From positions 496,001-560,000 of the forward strand of contig NW_019028982.1 of the NCBI RefSeq assembly GCF_002105155.1: a stretch of 64,000 nucleotides of DNA, given 5' to 3'. The translations under genes and the position numbers were made by a program. The notes beneath the pieces are model-generated. The model had not been told where the DNA came from, did not search any database, and saw nothing but the letters and a program-made list of their open reading frames with translations. Shown piece after piece: positions 30,721-44,146 of this stretch. The stretch is from Lobosporangium transversale. Lineage: Eukaryota. The first letter of the stretch is position 1; each line of letters opens with the position of its first letter.

Positions 30721-32451
30721 GGTTAGTAATAGATGTGGCGATGAGGCCCTACTAGCATATATATTGGCTGTGGATAATGACACTCTTATTATTGCAACAC
30801 AGGCTTCAGCAAAATCATTATCAACTTTACTACCTACCCTTGTTGTCACATCTGCCGCCTAAAAGTAAGTTCTAGGTGTGAATGGCCCTTTTTAGAACAT
30901 GGGAAGTCTTCAATTAATGTTTCTACATATTCTTTCAATGTTGCTTGTAACAGAGAATTAAAGAGAGCCAACTAACATTTGCTAAATTATTTTCAGCAGT
31001 CCCCTCTTCCTTCTTCTCTATCAGCATTCATCGTTTGTCTTGAAGAAAAGCGGGGTTATGGCTTCCAATGTATCGTACTGGAAGGGGGCGACATTATGCA
31101 GTTCTAGAATAAAAAAGAATTTTGTATCTGTATTATTATTTTGCTACTATACCTCTTGGCTTGTCTTGGGATGTACCTTACTAATTTGAAATCCTTGACT
31201 CTGGAAGAGGACTCATAAAAGCCCTAAGCCCTACGCCACGTAAACAGTGAAAAAAATAAAGCAATATACATGTAGTAAACTAAATGGTAGAATATATTAA
31301 AAGCAGAATTGCAGCTATCTGATTGCCCTTCAGTTTAATGCTTTCATTAAAATGTGGAGCGAATCTTGGAACGAAGTGAACACAAACAAAAGAGCCTTGT
31401 GGGAGTAAATAAAGAGGGCAAACTGTTCTGAATATTTTGTTTTACATTTGTGCATCACGTCAGGTAGAATATCATACCCGTTTTTTGAGCAGGACAGCCA
31501 ACAGAGTTTGTGTAAAATGGGACAGTCATTTTTGTGTTGCTTGACAACAACTTATGAAGATACCATTTAGAAGTAGGCTATAGAGACACAGTCAAGGATG
31601 AAAGTATGGTATAAGGGGGCTTCGAGAAATGTTCAGCGGTGTCCTTTTTTTTATTATTGCTCTCTTTATCGTATTTAGCCACATCCTGCCTTATATTCGT
31701 TTTTATCCATCATTGAATGTACTTGTTGCCTGGATTAAAAAGATAGACATTTTAAAGAGTAGAATGCGAATATAAAAAACTAATAGCGAGCCAAGACAGG
31801 TATTCTCTTGTTCTTTTGTAAATGAGTATCCACATGACTCTCCAGACAAGATTGTTTGCCCTGTGTCACCTCGTTTTTTTTTTTTTTTTTTTTTTTTTTG
31901 CGTGCATCACCTTTGTTCAAAGCCGTTAGCCAGATTTACTTCCCACCATGGAAAATAAAAGGTCAGAATTCATCCTTAAGTAGGAACTATTGAGGTGACA
32001 CACTTCTGAGCAATCTTAATTGCAAACACATATAAATAAATAAATAAAGTGGGCAAATGAGAGACATAAACTACAGTGCTAGAAAGTATATACCACACCT
32101 CTCTTTTGTATATTCTGCAAAGCAAGGCTGTGAACGGAGAAATAAAGTCGAGTGGGCAAATCTGTACAACGCAATTCGTGAATGCATGCAAAGAATAATA
32201 ATGAAAAGTGACAGTACAAGAAAGAAGGTTCAACTTGAACCAATCAACTATCGGGTGAGTGTGAACATAGGCGCACGTTCGGGGTATGGATACTAGCATG
32301 CACGTATAAAAGCGTCGTCCTTCGCGTACATTTTCCATTTTTTCCTTCTATTCCTTAAGCTCCCTAGCATCCCTACGCACTCTCTTCTACGCACCTCTCT
32401 ACTTCCTTTGCACCTAAAACCCACATCAAGAAAAACTCCCCTCTATCAAGA

Positions 32452-33130
32452 ATGAAGGTCCTCTCCGTTATCGTTGGTCTTGCTCTTGCTGCCGTCAGCC
32501 AGGCTGCTGATATGCCTGCTTTGAACTTCACTAGCTGCGCTCCTTCTACCACAGGCCTCACTTTGACAGCCCTTCCAGTCCTTGAGCCTTACCCTCTTTG
32601 CATTGGCAAGGAATACTGCTTGACCTTGACAGGCCAACTGAACACCGATATCACCCAAGGCTCGCGCTTGTCAGTCATCGGAAGATGGGTTGGACGTATT
32701 GTATACACCGACAACCAAGATCTCTGCACCTTGTTGGCAGCTCAAGGAACTCCATGCCCTGTTGCTTCTACAACCTCTTCTATCAAGTTATGCACACCTA
32801 TGAAGTCTAACTTCTGGGCCAACGTAAGTAACACTGATCGTGTAGTCTAAAGGGCTGTTAAGAGAGGACATGGATATGTACTAACCATGTATTTCATACT
32901 ATCCTCTCTCTTTATTGATAGGTTCAAACTCATTTCCAATTCTCGGCTACCAACGGCGACGGCGACCTCCTTTTCTGCCAAACCAGTAAGTTCTCTATAT
33001 TATCAGGAAGTTCGCCTATTTATCTTTGTGGACCCTCAAAGCTGATCATGATGCTCTAAATTATTATTATTATTATTATTATTATTTTTAAAAAAAAATA
33101 GGCCCCATCTATGCTCAGAACTGCGCCTAA
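32452..33130 (+). CDS. Secreted ML-domain (MD-2/NPC2-like) lipid-recognition protein, 3 exons
   Basis: Signal peptide, FTSC...PYPLCIGK...DLC...PCP...LFC pattern. Exons 32452-32823, 32922-32985 and 33102-33130 join in frame. Confidence 0.85.
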
Positions 33131-33240
33131 TGGATCAGTGTTTCTACGAGAACACCGTTCCAATTCACCCGTCGTATATACGCGAGAGCAAACCGTTGGA
33201 AGAGGTTGTTTGTTTGTTTGTTTGTTTGTTTGTTTGTTTA
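33059..33240. repeat. Microsatellites (TTA)n in an intron and (TTTG)n in the 3' UTR
   Basis: Seen directly at about 33059-33086 and about 33207-33239. Confidence 0.85.
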
Positions 33241-36200
33241 CAAAGAATAAACATAATCAATCATAAATAAAATATAAACATTTTTTTCTAGAACTGAATT
33301 TCGCGGAAAAAGCTTGTGTTTTATACTTTTAATGGAGTATAAGAATAGCGAGAAGTCTGAAGCCTTTTACCCTTCATATCCTTACCAACTTTTTTTTTGC
33401 TGGTCTCTCTACCAGCTCGGATACCTCGTTGTCAATGGCGACATGGATAGTTTGATCTGTCAGAGTCAATAATCATTTTTACATTACAAAGCCTGTTACG
33501 CCTTTTTTATTTTTTATTTATTCTAATTTTATTTTTTATTCTAATTTTATTTTTTATTCTAATTTTTATTATTTTTCTAACTTTTTATTATTTATTCTAA
33601 TTTGATTCTTTAATCTTTAACAATATCTCTATTTACTAAAGTCCTAAGGGCACAGCACAAGACATTACGAACCTGATAATAATTTAAATAGATGCGGTTT
33701 ATACCCTTCTAAAAATGACTAAACCTCAATAATGGATTGCTTCTACTATTGATGTATGATGTAATTGATGGATTCCTTCAAACATCGTCCAAGGGCTTAA
33801 GCGTATGCCTTCCAGAAATAACTAGACTTCAATGATGGGTTACATCAGCTATTGATAGGGTCTAAACGTTTCCCATGAGCCTAATCTGTCTGTGCGTTCC
33901 AATGAAAAGAAACGAAAATAAGATGTGGGTGCGTTGACAGAAATGTACAAAGGAGATGTGAAGGGATATGGCTTTCATCGTGTCCCTTTTACATATACCT
34001 TGCCGCATATAACTCAGCCTTTCACTTTCTATTATGTAAGGTCATTGCTATGAAGGATTGTAATGCTATCATGGCTTTCATGAAATACTAAGCTTCTGAC
34101 AGGAAGTTGAGTTGAGAAGGAGGCTCCCTCAATACCTCCTTCTGTCCCACCTATCTCTGGACAAAAGAGTGAAAAAAGAAAGCTAGTGAAAAAGCCTACT
34201 CCGCCTTCATAAAGGAAGCCAAGCAAGGAAGAATGAAACTGTTCTGTCATTCCGTCGACCCCAAGTGGCAGAAGGCAGGAGATAACAGTCTTTTCTGCGC
34301 TTCCTAAACGATGAGGAAGGAAATATAAACTTATTACTTTTCTTTCAGCTACTTTTGAGGACCCTTTGCTCCCTGCCTTCGTTGTTCATTTCAAGCTATC
34401 TCTTCTCTTCTGCGCTTGGCTGCGTATACTGCCAAGTCACTTGACTGCTCTTTCTGTTGGAACAAGCCATGAAGCCTCAGTACTTGACGTGTGGTATGAG
34501 GTCTAGCCAACATAGTCAATTTAGGCCCATGTGTTGCAGCCAGAAGATCCTATGATCATAAGAACGCATATGAGTAGGGATAGGCGCAGCTTGCTGCCTT
34601 GAAGGTTTACGACCTTTTTTTTTAGAAAAAAAAAAAAAAAAAAATGAATGTGATCTATGGATCTATGAGGATCTATGAGGATCTCTATTTAATGCTAATC
34701 GTTATCCGGATTCAATTGATAACATACGGTTTCATTCAATTTTCCATACCTTGATTAATAGGCAGTGGAGCTCCATTTTTATGGCCTGGGTTGAATTATG
34801 ACGAATAAATGTACCCTTCGCCAATTGGGCCTTCAGCCTACAGCGTATCTACGCTGCATGAAAATAGTAGACCAATGAAATCTTTTCTATTTTGAATACA
34901 AGGTTGTGTTGGATGTTGCCTAAATAGGGCTGATGAACCTCAGAATCAAGTACCTACCGTGAACCAATGCAGATTTTGTACCGAGCGTCACGCCAAAAGC
35001 AATATTGTGGTTAAGTTTGGCTAGTTTTTATGTGGATGTTTGCTGCTAGAATGCAAAATAAATAATAATAAAATCAGCCATTCTTTTCTTCTCCATGAAT
35101 ATAAGGTTTTATGTTGGTATACTGATATAGGGTCAGGGCCGATCTAAGAGTATCGCCTGCACCATGGAGGAGGGCTTTTATGAAAGGATAGTGGCTAGTG
35201 GTGTCGCCTCCATTCCTTCAGGCTTTCATTTGATGGGGTAATCCAGTGTACCACCTATAGGCTGTTCATAGAGCTTGAAAAAGTGCATAAAGCCCTCTAC
35301 TCACGCACCAGGGCCCTCACACTGCTGTGCGATCCCCAGCTATTTGATTTGATAAGTCAACTTTTCCGAAAGAGATGGTGCACTGGGCTAATAACAGTAT
35401 CAGTAACTATGTGAAGAGTTGAATATGCAACAAAGAAAAAGAAGTAAAGAAGGAGAACGGGCCTGTGGCGTAATTACCAGGGTAACCATGGCGGGCAGAT
35501 GGGTTGTTTAAAAGACCTTGGCTCTTATTTGAGTTTAATCACTTTATATTATATAGTATATGTATAGTTATTACTTGAATACTCAAATGAGTGCCTCCAA
35601 GTTTTGTTATCGCCATAAGGTAAATGGACATCACGAGGGAAGCACTAGATTGGTAGGACCGTGAGCGAAGCTACGGGTCGCTCGTATAGTTCTCTACTGT
35701 CTTTGCATTAAAGCAAACAAAATCTAGGCCCAATCTATGCCACGCACTATGACTAACAACAATTCACCAAAGGTAATTATAAAAAAAAAAGCCCTGACGC
35801 CTTTAGATAAATGGATAAATATCCTGAGAAGGATACTTTAGCAGTGAAGTAAAGAACTGCTACCAAGCTGAGAAATTACGAAAGAATCATTCAACTACTT
35901 CGTGTAACAAACACATTTTAACCCGTAGAGCAGTACAACAACGTGTACCACTTCACGCGGTCAGGATGCATGCCGCTCAAAAGCAAGTTTGTCTCCACAG
36001 TTCATACATGTTTCATATGTTTTACATGAGAATGGCACGTAAAACTGTGTATGTCATATATACAATCCATTTTCTAGCTTCTTCCCTTGACAACAAAAAA
36101 AGCAAACATAAGAAAAATCGACTGAGCAACAGTTTATTGAATGATGATGACTACGTCTATGGGAACTCGTAATGAAAGGAAAAAAGTGAGTTTTTTTTTT

Positions 36201-37069
36201 TTCCTCCTTGGGATGACACGAAGGAACGACATGAATACCGAGTTTGCTAACTCAAAAAATCAGCCTGTTCTGTCTGTTTCTTTGTTTCTGCTGATGAGAT
36301 TTACAACATTAGTATGTAGACAAAGTGGGCATTTTTTTGATCTGCACGCCACTTTACGATGCATGTTAGTGGCACAGAAACCTTTCTCGTGCTCTTTGTG
36401 CTTTGTGCCACAAATAATATTCGCCCTCATTTTTCTCGTTCCACATGTCTCTCCACAAATATGTATTTGCTCAGAAAGTTCTAGGAAGCATATATGAAGA
36501 CATTACATTTAAATGAGGCCATTCCTCACAACAGAGAAAGTAGCACAAACCAGATACAAACAAACAACAGCCTTGTATGATTCCATCATATTTTAAAGAG
36601 GGTGAGGGCGAGGGAAGAAATACAGCACAATAAACCATAAAAAATAAAGATAAGACAAAGACATTGCTTCAATGTGCTGACTAAAGTGATATGTCAAGAC
36701 AAAATGAAGGATTGCCACTTTCTACCCGAGTTCCTAGAGCCATGGATCAGAGCTATACAACAGTAAGAGAGACGAGTACATAGTATGAGTTACTACAAGA
36801 GGATATTCTTTATCATATCTACGATGCTTAAGATTAATGGAACAAAGTTTGTGGTATTTCTGAAAGGACCAGATAAGGGTGTTACAAAATGTCTAAGCTT
36901 TTATCTTATAATCCATAGGATATAAACAAGTCTAACTGATCAGGGATGCGTACTCGTACTCTTCTTTTTATTTAGTTTCATGCACCCTTTGGTTTTTTTG
37001 ACCTCGAAGCCAGGAAGGTTGCACTCTCCGGAAATCTACGACAAGTCCTTCTGCCACATTCATACCATA

Positions 37070-38779
37070 TTATTCATCCTCTTCGCGCAAAAACAGCTGC
37101 TCCTCTCTGTAAAACACTGTCTCATTTAATTGTACAGTCTTCAATACAGGTAAATGGAGGCCATGGCTGAATGGCAATGATGATAATGATGACGATGACT
37201 CAACTGGCCCTGTATTGCCGTTATTACCATTATTGTTACTACTGGTGTTATTCAGGTATGAAAGAAATCGCCGTTTCATCGGTCCATCCATGACTGCCAT
37301 ACAAAATTCTGTAGAATCCAATCCTGGAGTTAAAAACCATCCTTCGTCTCGATATTCATGATGACACAGCTTGAGTGGCTCCTTCGACACCATTTTCCTT
37401 ACAGCAGGATCAGGTCCATCTGACGTATTTTCAGACATACCAACAGTGATAGTACTTCCCGAAGTCCGGTATCCATCCAAGACCAAGCTCTCGAGGCGTC
37501 GACAGGCCCAAGGCTGCTGTTCATCCATCAAGATATTGAATTCTTGGATGTGGCACTGCATACCAGTGACCTTTAGTTTCCTTAATTGAGCGCAGCTAGT
37601 TAAGATTTTAACAAGTGCAGGCATTTGAAGCGACGGAATATTGTCATTATCCCATGCCTCTCTACGGAAATTACAGCTTAGTCGTATACATTCCAACGTC
37701 GATGCATGCTCCAAAATTGCCCCCAGCATGTATGAATCCAGTCCGTCGGGTAGACTAAGTTTTATAGATTGTAGGTGTTGAGCGCTGTCCTTAAATAAAG
37801 ACGCATAGGTGGCTGCGTCCGGGAAATATCCATACTTGTGACGCATCGAGTATCCTTCAATGTAGGTCAGCTCCTTCAATCGAGGACAATACGCTCGTAA
37901 GGTTGCCGTCAATTGCTTTAGGTCAAATTCTTCAATATCGACGGTGAGCTGGAGGGATTCAAGTGCAGGACAGATGCTGGGCAACAGCACTGCAGCCCTG
38001 CTCTGACTCCAGTCTAGTAACATCTGCAGACGTGTCAGGCGAGGGAGCTCAAGTAGCGGCTTTTCTATACTAATGGAGCAGCTTTCGTTGTTGCTGTCAT
38101 TGATTATACCACCGTTGCAATTTTTACTGTTTTTCGTGATCGTGATATTATTATTGTTTACGCAAGCGGAAAAAAATAAGTTCTTATCAAACCCAGCTAT
38201 TGACTCCATTACCAGGGTTCTTAGCGATCCTCTTGAAGTAACAAAGATGTCGTAAAGCAGGTCATTGTTCATGATCCATCGCTTCAAATCTAATTCTTCT
38301 AAACAAGGCAGATTCTTGAGTGCTTTCTGGTATGGCAGTGCGATTTCTTTGACCATAAAATATCCTGGCCATGTGAGTTGTTTTAACTGTGACCCTTGAT
38401 TGACCCAAAGTAGGCCCGACAACGTATCGGTGAGCTCATGAAGAACCAACCCAACAAGGTTTGTAGGCGGAGCGTGCTTTTCAAATGGTAAATCATCATC
38501 CTTTATTTTACCATAGGACTCATACCAACGAAACAAATGGGAGCGGGATCTGAACGCAGCGAGATGAGGAGGGTCGATGAAATGCTCAATGCAGTAGCAA
38601 TAAAGGTGAGGTAGGAAGCATCGGTACCATAGACGACAAACAAGGAGACAGGGAAGCATATTATAAGCAGTGTAAAACCTGGGAGGTGGACTAGATGGGT
38701 CATATGTGGGGATCGCACGTGCTATAATATCGAGGATCTCAGGCAGATGAAGTGCTTTTTGAGTGGCGGTGGGTGACAT
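37070..38779 (-). CDS. F-box-like / LRR protein
   Basis: ALHLPEILDII...CLLVCRLWYRCFLPHLY N-terminus. LRR-like LPCLEELDL, CPALESLQL, CPRLKEL and PWACRRLESL. Confidence 0.78.
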   Translation of the reverse strand: MSPTATQKALHLPEILDIIARAIPTYDPSSPPPRFYTAYNMLPCLLVCRLWYRCFLPHLYCYCIEHFIDPPHLAAFRSRSHLFRWYESYGKIKDDDLPFEKHAPPTNLVGLVLHELTDTLSGLLWVNQGSQLKQLTWPGYFMVKEIALPYQKALKNLPCLEELDLKRWIMNNDLLYDIFVTSRGSLRTLVMESIAGFDKNLFFSACVNNNNITITKNSKNCNGGIINDSNNESCSISIEKPLLELPRLTRLQMLLDWSQSRAAVLLPSICPALESLQLTVDIEEFDLKQLTATLRAYCPRLKELTYIEGYSMRHKYGYFPDAATYASLFKDSAQHLQSIKLSLPDGLDSYMLGAILEHASTLECIRLSCNFRREAWDNDNIPSLQMPALVKILTSCAQLRKLKVTGMQCHIQEFNILMDEQQPWACRRLESLVLDGYRTSGSTITVGMSENTSDGPDPAVRKMVSKEPLKLCHHEYRDEGWFLTPGLDSTEFCMAVMDGPMKRRFLSYLNNTSSNNNGNNGNTGPVESSSSLSSLPFSHGLHLPVLKTVQLNETVFYREEQLFLREEDE

Positions 38780-39546
38780 AGTTAAAAAAAAACGATAGCG
38801 TTGAAACTTTGACGAGTACGTTGTCAAGAAGGAAGTAGAGGGAAGAAAAGAGAAGTAAGCAAGTAAGCAACAAGTGTTTTGTGACTAAATAAAAGCCACA
38901 TGAGCAATGTCAACAGTTTGGCTTCGCCTCAAAAAAAATGGATCGATGATTTTTGCTCTCTGATTATCAGATCGAGCATAAGAGTGATTTATGGTAACTA
39001 TCCAGGTCGGTCCTGAAATAGCCACATTCACGGTACAATATCTAGTCATGTCGTAACCCATTGAGTCACACGCTGGAAGAACTCTGTGAATTCAGAACCA
39101 ATGAATCCAAACCCGTTAAGGACTATAAAATCGGTCCCAATTGGGAACAAAGAGCTTCGACTATGTTGTTTCGATGAAATATGGTTGATCAGCATACTTG
39201 GAAAGACAAAGTGAATAGCGTTCCAAAAAGGCCACTTTAAATGAATGACAATAGTGATGTATTAAAGAGAATAATCTTTTTTTGGTTAAGAATTCATCAG
39301 GAAAAAAGAATCATGGAATCAGAAATAAAGAAGTGAGGATCACATTTGTCATTTGGAAACCTTTTTTTTTCTGTTCTCCACTGCATATCATACGACGCGA
39401 TATCCCAAAGACAAAGTTTGTACCATGTCCATCACCATGACAGGCTATGACCGCACAGGTCTCAGGTAAATATTTATGAAACCGCTGTTAATACTTTTTT
39501 AAGGTCATTGCATCCTAGTCTCATTCATCTCCAATTACAAGAAATC

Positions 39547-41733
39547 ATGAACTCCATCTCTCATCTCCTTCGAATCACCACCGGCATATCTCTTGATAAA
39601 AATAATACTCTAGCGCAAGAGGCGCTCCAGTTCGAGCGAAGCACTGTAACGCCAGGTGGAAAGGCAGCAGCGCATGCTGCTACTGTTCCTCCAGAGATCA
39701 TTCATTTGATCGTCAACTATCTTGATAACAAAGATCTGGTTAAAGTGATCACCCTCAATTGGACATGGGCACATATCGCTGCCGCCAAGCTGTGGCAAGA
39801 GGTCCATTTCACTGTCAACGCTCACAGAATCGTGTTCCTCATCACCAAAAGTATTCCTCCTCTTGTTCCAACAGACGAATTGCTGCAGTTATCGTCTGGC
39901 GAAACTTCGTCCTCAATTGCATCATCATCTCCAAGCGCTGATTTGAGCTCTTCGTCTCCCCCAGCTGGCTGCCTCTCATCAATGGATTCGTCGGAGAATC
40001 AAGCTCCATCAAGAAGAAATTCATATCCATGGCCAACTCTCTTGCCTTACCACTCTATGGTCCAGTCATTAAAAGTATCACTGTCGAGCACAGACATGAT
40101 CCAAGACCTTATGGAAATTATTCCGTGTTGTTCAGAATTGAGATCGTTCTCAATTCAATCTGCTGTGCCCACAGAGGACCTCTTGATGCGAGGTGTCATT
40201 GCCTCTGCTTGCAATGACTTTATTGACCCATTGCATGAGATTCGTACATCTGTATCACCTGCATCAATAGCCAAGCAATTCTCTCATGCAGCCATACCAC
40301 CATCTCGTCAGCATCACACTCATGTTCACACGCTCAGTGTTGATCCATACAATTTGACAACAGCTCCGCGTGCAGGGCTTCGGGCGACAGATGATGAAAC
40401 TATCATGGCATCAACCACATCTCAAAGTGGGATCCTGTTTAAGCTACTGGCCAAGTCATGCCCAAAACTAGAAAAGCTGTGGTTCTCAGGTTTTCATCCA
40501 GTATCTGTTTTAGGCGCTCCAACAGATCTCAGATCTCGTCCCGCGAACAATTTTGACGCCATTTTAGACTATGATCTAGGAAAGCTATCTTCATCTCCTC
40601 ATATGCATGTAAATGGCGGTGCTGAGCATGCGGGTACCTCAATGGCATTTGTTCAACCACCCATCGCAGCCACCTCTAATGACGATGGACATCACACAGT
40701 TCCATATGCAGCTAATTCTACATGTAGCACTACCACTAACCCCAGTACTACTTCTATTCATCCTTCCTGGACCAATACAGGGTCTAGTGCTATCCCACCA
40801 TTACCTACTTTCACCCGCAGCAACATTTGTGGACAGTCTATGATTAACATTCTTCAGTTTGTGGACTGCACACTTCCATCACAATACCTTCTCACCATGA
40901 TTCAGCATTCCCTTCCTAACCTTACAGCTCTCCATTTGACGCAATGTTGGCCAAAGGGCCCTATAAATGGATCGTTCCTAGTATCTCTAGCCAAGATTTG
41001 TCCAGGACTGCGTGATATCACGTTACATGCTACACAGTCTCATCGGGCTGTGGTCTCGTCCGAACATGTATTACAAATGTTGAAAGGTCTAGAGGATGGG
41101 CAAATACGGCGTACTGCAGAGATTGAAGCGTCTGTCCTGGGCCCAATTACATCTGCTGGATACAGGCCATATAGCAGGCTTAATGGCGAAGATGCGAGCG
41201 TGGGCTCCAGTGCAGGTGTCAATGCAGGAGCTGTATCATTAGCAGAATTCCCGTTAGGTGCTTTAAGTGGGTCAAAATACAATACCCTCTCTATCTCATC
41301 AACAGCAGCCACAGCTAGCTCATTATCTATGCCTAGCTCTAATTCGAGTTCATCCTCTGCGCTGGCCAACCTGCCGTCATCAACATTCCCACCAGCAGAG
41401 TCCAAATACAATGGTGGAGATATCAGAACTGACTCTCAGGACCAGCCTGTAGACATTTATGGGTCATTACGGTCATTGGATTCCTTGCCTCAAATAGCCT
41501 CCGCCCTCGAGTCGGTTTCAATCTGGTTTACACACTCAATATTAGACCAAGCTATTACAGATGAACTGGCAAATTCAGAGCGGCATCCAAAATTGATACG
41601 TGTAGTGTTTGGAAGCGAAGATACGTTTGATTCAGGCGAAGAGTGTATCAAACAGTTGCGTCAGCGTCGTCCAGAACTGGCCATTTGCTCTTGGGTTGGA
41701 TATGGTGATGCTGGTGAAGACAACTATGATTAG
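39547..41733 (+). CDS. F-box protein with Ser-rich insertions and LRR-like segments
   Basis: VPPEIIHLIVNYLDNKDLVKVITLNWTWAHIAAAKLW F-box. CPKLEKLWF, LPNLTALHL and CPGLRDITL. The start codon is uncertain. Confidence 0.8.
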   Translation: MNSISHLLRITTGISLDKNNTLAQEALQFERSTVTPGGKAAAHAATVPPEIIHLIVNYLDNKDLVKVITLNWTWAHIAAAKLWQEVHFTVNAHRIVFLITKSIPPLVPTDELLQLSSGETSSSIASSSPSADLSSSSPPAGCLSSMDSSENQAPSRRNSYPWPTLLPYHSMVQSLKVSLSSTDMIQDLMEIIPCCSELRSFSIQSAVPTEDLLMRGVIASACNDFIDPLHEIRTSVSPASIAKQFSHAAIPPSRQHHTHVHTLSVDPYNLTTAPRAGLRATDDETIMASTTSQSGILFKLLAKSCPKLEKLWFSGFHPVSVLGAPTDLRSRPANNFDAILDYDLGKLSSSPHMHVNGGAEHAGTSMAFVQPPIAATSNDDGHHTVPYAANSTCSTTTNPSTTSIHPSWTNTGSSAIPPLPTFTRSNICGQSMINILQFVDCTLPSQYLLTMIQHSLPNLTALHLTQCWPKGPINGSFLVSLAKICPGLRDITLHATQSHRAVVSSEHVLQMLKGLEDGQIRRTAEIEASVLGPITSAGYRPYSRLNGEDASVGSSAGVNAGAVSLAEFPLGALSGSKYNTLSISSTAATASSLSMPSSNSSSSSALANLPSSTFPPAESKYNGGDIRTDSQDQPVDIYGSLRSLDSLPQIASALESVSIWFTHSILDQAITDELANSERHPKLIRVVFGSEDTFDSGEECIKQLRQRRPELAICSWVGYGDAGEDNYD

Positions 41734-42091
41734 ATGATAAAATGATAGATACTATTTCTCTTTGTATTTTTAATTTTATTATATCCTATTGTCTTATTTA
41801 TATTTATTTTATTCAGAGTATGGTTAATCTTATTCTATTTATACTATTAAGATACATGTAATGAATGAAAGCAAATATGGAGCCAAGGTTGATAAATGCT
41901 TTATTTCCTCACCTCTGCTCCGCGAAAGTGAGTGAACCTAGCAGGCACTGAGTAGATATTTTTGTCTATTGCTATTGATGCACAAAGCCCTAATAAATAG
42001 CTAGCTGGGCCCAAAGCAGCTATGTGAAAGGTCTTTTCACTCATTTTCACTTAATGACGACGCTCCCATCTGGTATGCTTTGCCGCTATTA

Positions 42092-42774
42092 TCCCTTTGA
42101 CCAATTGAGTGTGCTATTTTATATATCATTGGTGCTATTTTACCAACCAACTGAGCAAAGTGGCTTACCAATTTTACTTAACTTTCAAACCAAATTCGCT
42201 TAAGTTTTATTCAACTGTAATATCGACCCAGAGGTTCACCTCTGAGTGCTATTGATATGTTCCTATTGACCTCACGCATCCACCCACAGCACATTGAGGG
42301 GGTAATACAGTATCATATTTCGAAGACTTGCCTCAACGTGCTCTGTTAACATTTCTTGCTTATCTATCTAACTCTTGGATCCTTACATCGGCCTTAACAT
42401 GACCAAAGACCCATTCAGTCGTATTGAAGCGAGGGGTATATGGGGGTAGGAACAAGAATGTAAGACCATGGCTTTCAATTACTTTTTTGATCTCTGGGCT
42501 TTTGCGGAACTTGACATTGTCCATTACTATTACCCTTGGCGCTTGGAGACTTGGGTGTATGTGTTGAGGCATGTATCCATTGAATGGTGTATATGTTGAT
42601 AGATGTGTTGAGTGTGTCTAGATATATATCAACAAACAGTTACGAGTTAAAATGATTTAAAAGTGAGCACATTTGGTTGACATGTTAAGTGGAGTTGGGA
42701 TTTATTTAAGCGAATCTTCTAGCAACTTAAGCTAATTTCCTAAAAATATAAGCACACTAAACTGACCAAAGGGA
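42092..42774 (-). mobile_element. Internally deleted IS630/Tc1-mariner element with a DDE transposase fragment
   Basis: Imperfect 24-bp TIRs (TCCCTTTGACCAATTGAGTGTGCT / AGCACACTAAACTGACCAAAGGGA), TA on both sides. Fragment VIVMDNVKF...FLPPYTPRFNTTEWVF at 42360-42572. Confidence 0.85.
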
Positions 42775-43399
42775 TATCAAAGACATCTCCATGAGATATG
42801 AATACGGACGTGGTCACGTTTATCCTTCCCAATTAACGGTATATCTTAATATCTTTTCCAACAAACGATGTTAAGGAGATCTTCGATAGGATGGAACAGT
42901 GGTCTAAGTTGGAGCTCAGTAGAGTCGCTCTAAGCAAGTTCGATATTGAGTCATTTCTTCAAAACATGCCTTATACCCATATATTAAAAAAAGACGAAAA
43001 AATTAGGTGTCTGCGAAATTAGGTGACTGCCTTCGGGTACCATAAATAAGCAACAGCTTGAGCATTCACTCATCTGTGGGTAACAAGAATCTGGGTGGCA
43101 AGGATCTCATTTAATTGGAGAATGGGTATCCAGTATAGAGTGATTGGATATTGGCTGTTTTTACCAAGAGTCAAAATGTGATTCGTTGTCCCTTAATTTA
43201 TTTTGAAACTTTAAATCAGCGTCCACTATGCACTGTAGATTTGTTTTACTGTTCTAATTCCTCAACACACCTTATTCTGAGTCCCTGCTTTAATTTTCCT
43301 CAGACCTTTTTTTTCATTGCTTTCGTTTATTTTATCTGCTAAAAAAAAAAAAAAAAAAAAAAAAGCCTGCCAAACGTTTTACACGTTCGTCGTCGGCTG

Positions 43400-43954
43400 C
43401 ATCTCCTAGAAGCCAGTTGCCTACCAAGTGCCCTCGCTCTATTTATGGTGACTCGAACCACTCGGAAGCCGTTTCTCCGTCGGACAGCTTCACATCAGAG
43501 TTATGCAGACGCCAACTTCCAATCAAGCCAGCCTTCGCCATGGCCATCTCTACGTTGCTTTATCACAGTGTACTGACCCAAACAATCTTAAGGTGCTGGT
43601 CGGGAATGGAAAGGTAGAAGATAAGTCTGGGATATACACCCAAACATTGTCTTCAAGGGTGCTTTGTAGTCGCAATATCTTTGGTCTTCAGGTATTCTGT
43701 CGCTTCTTCATCTCCAAGTCATTCACGTCGACTTTCAGCTCATCTCCATTGTTATTCTATCTGATATTATTTCGCCAGATGTGTATTTTACTTTGTATTT
43801 TATTTGTATTTTACTTTGTATTTTTTTTTATATTTTACTTTATATTTTTTTCTGGTACGATAATGATAACCTATTATGTTGTTCTCACAAAATAATTTAT
43901 TGAGTTTTTTACGAGGCAAGAGCAGGCCGTGGCGAAGCCACGGTCTCCGGCTCG
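43400..43954 (+). mobile_element. Helitron 3' remnant: PIF1-like helicase C-terminal fragment plus terminal hairpin
   Basis: RRQLPIKPAFAM and HGHLYVALSQC (PIF1/Helitron motifs) at about 43505-43575. Hairpin CCGTGGC-GAA-GCCACGG at 43927-43943, followed by CTCG|T at 43951-43955. Confidence 0.72.
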
Positions 43955-44146
43955 TGTCCTTTATTCCAGCAACATTTGACTGTTGATGATTGTGAATGCA
44001 TTGAATTCATGTATATTTTCTCTTTATTTGTGTACAATAGATGCAAATATATATACAATGTAGGTGGATATGGTAAAGAAGATACAATAATAAACACATA
44101 AATCTATTCACTTCTCTCTCCCTTTTCTCGCCTTCGCGGTTCCCCC

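Noticed and set aside
33900..35450. Coding-like fragments
   Set aside because: Interrupted by stops with no recognisable motif; cannot support a call.
39425..39503. Possible upstream exon for the 39547 F-box gene
   Set aside because: In frame, but needs a 38-nt intron; unsupported without transcripts.
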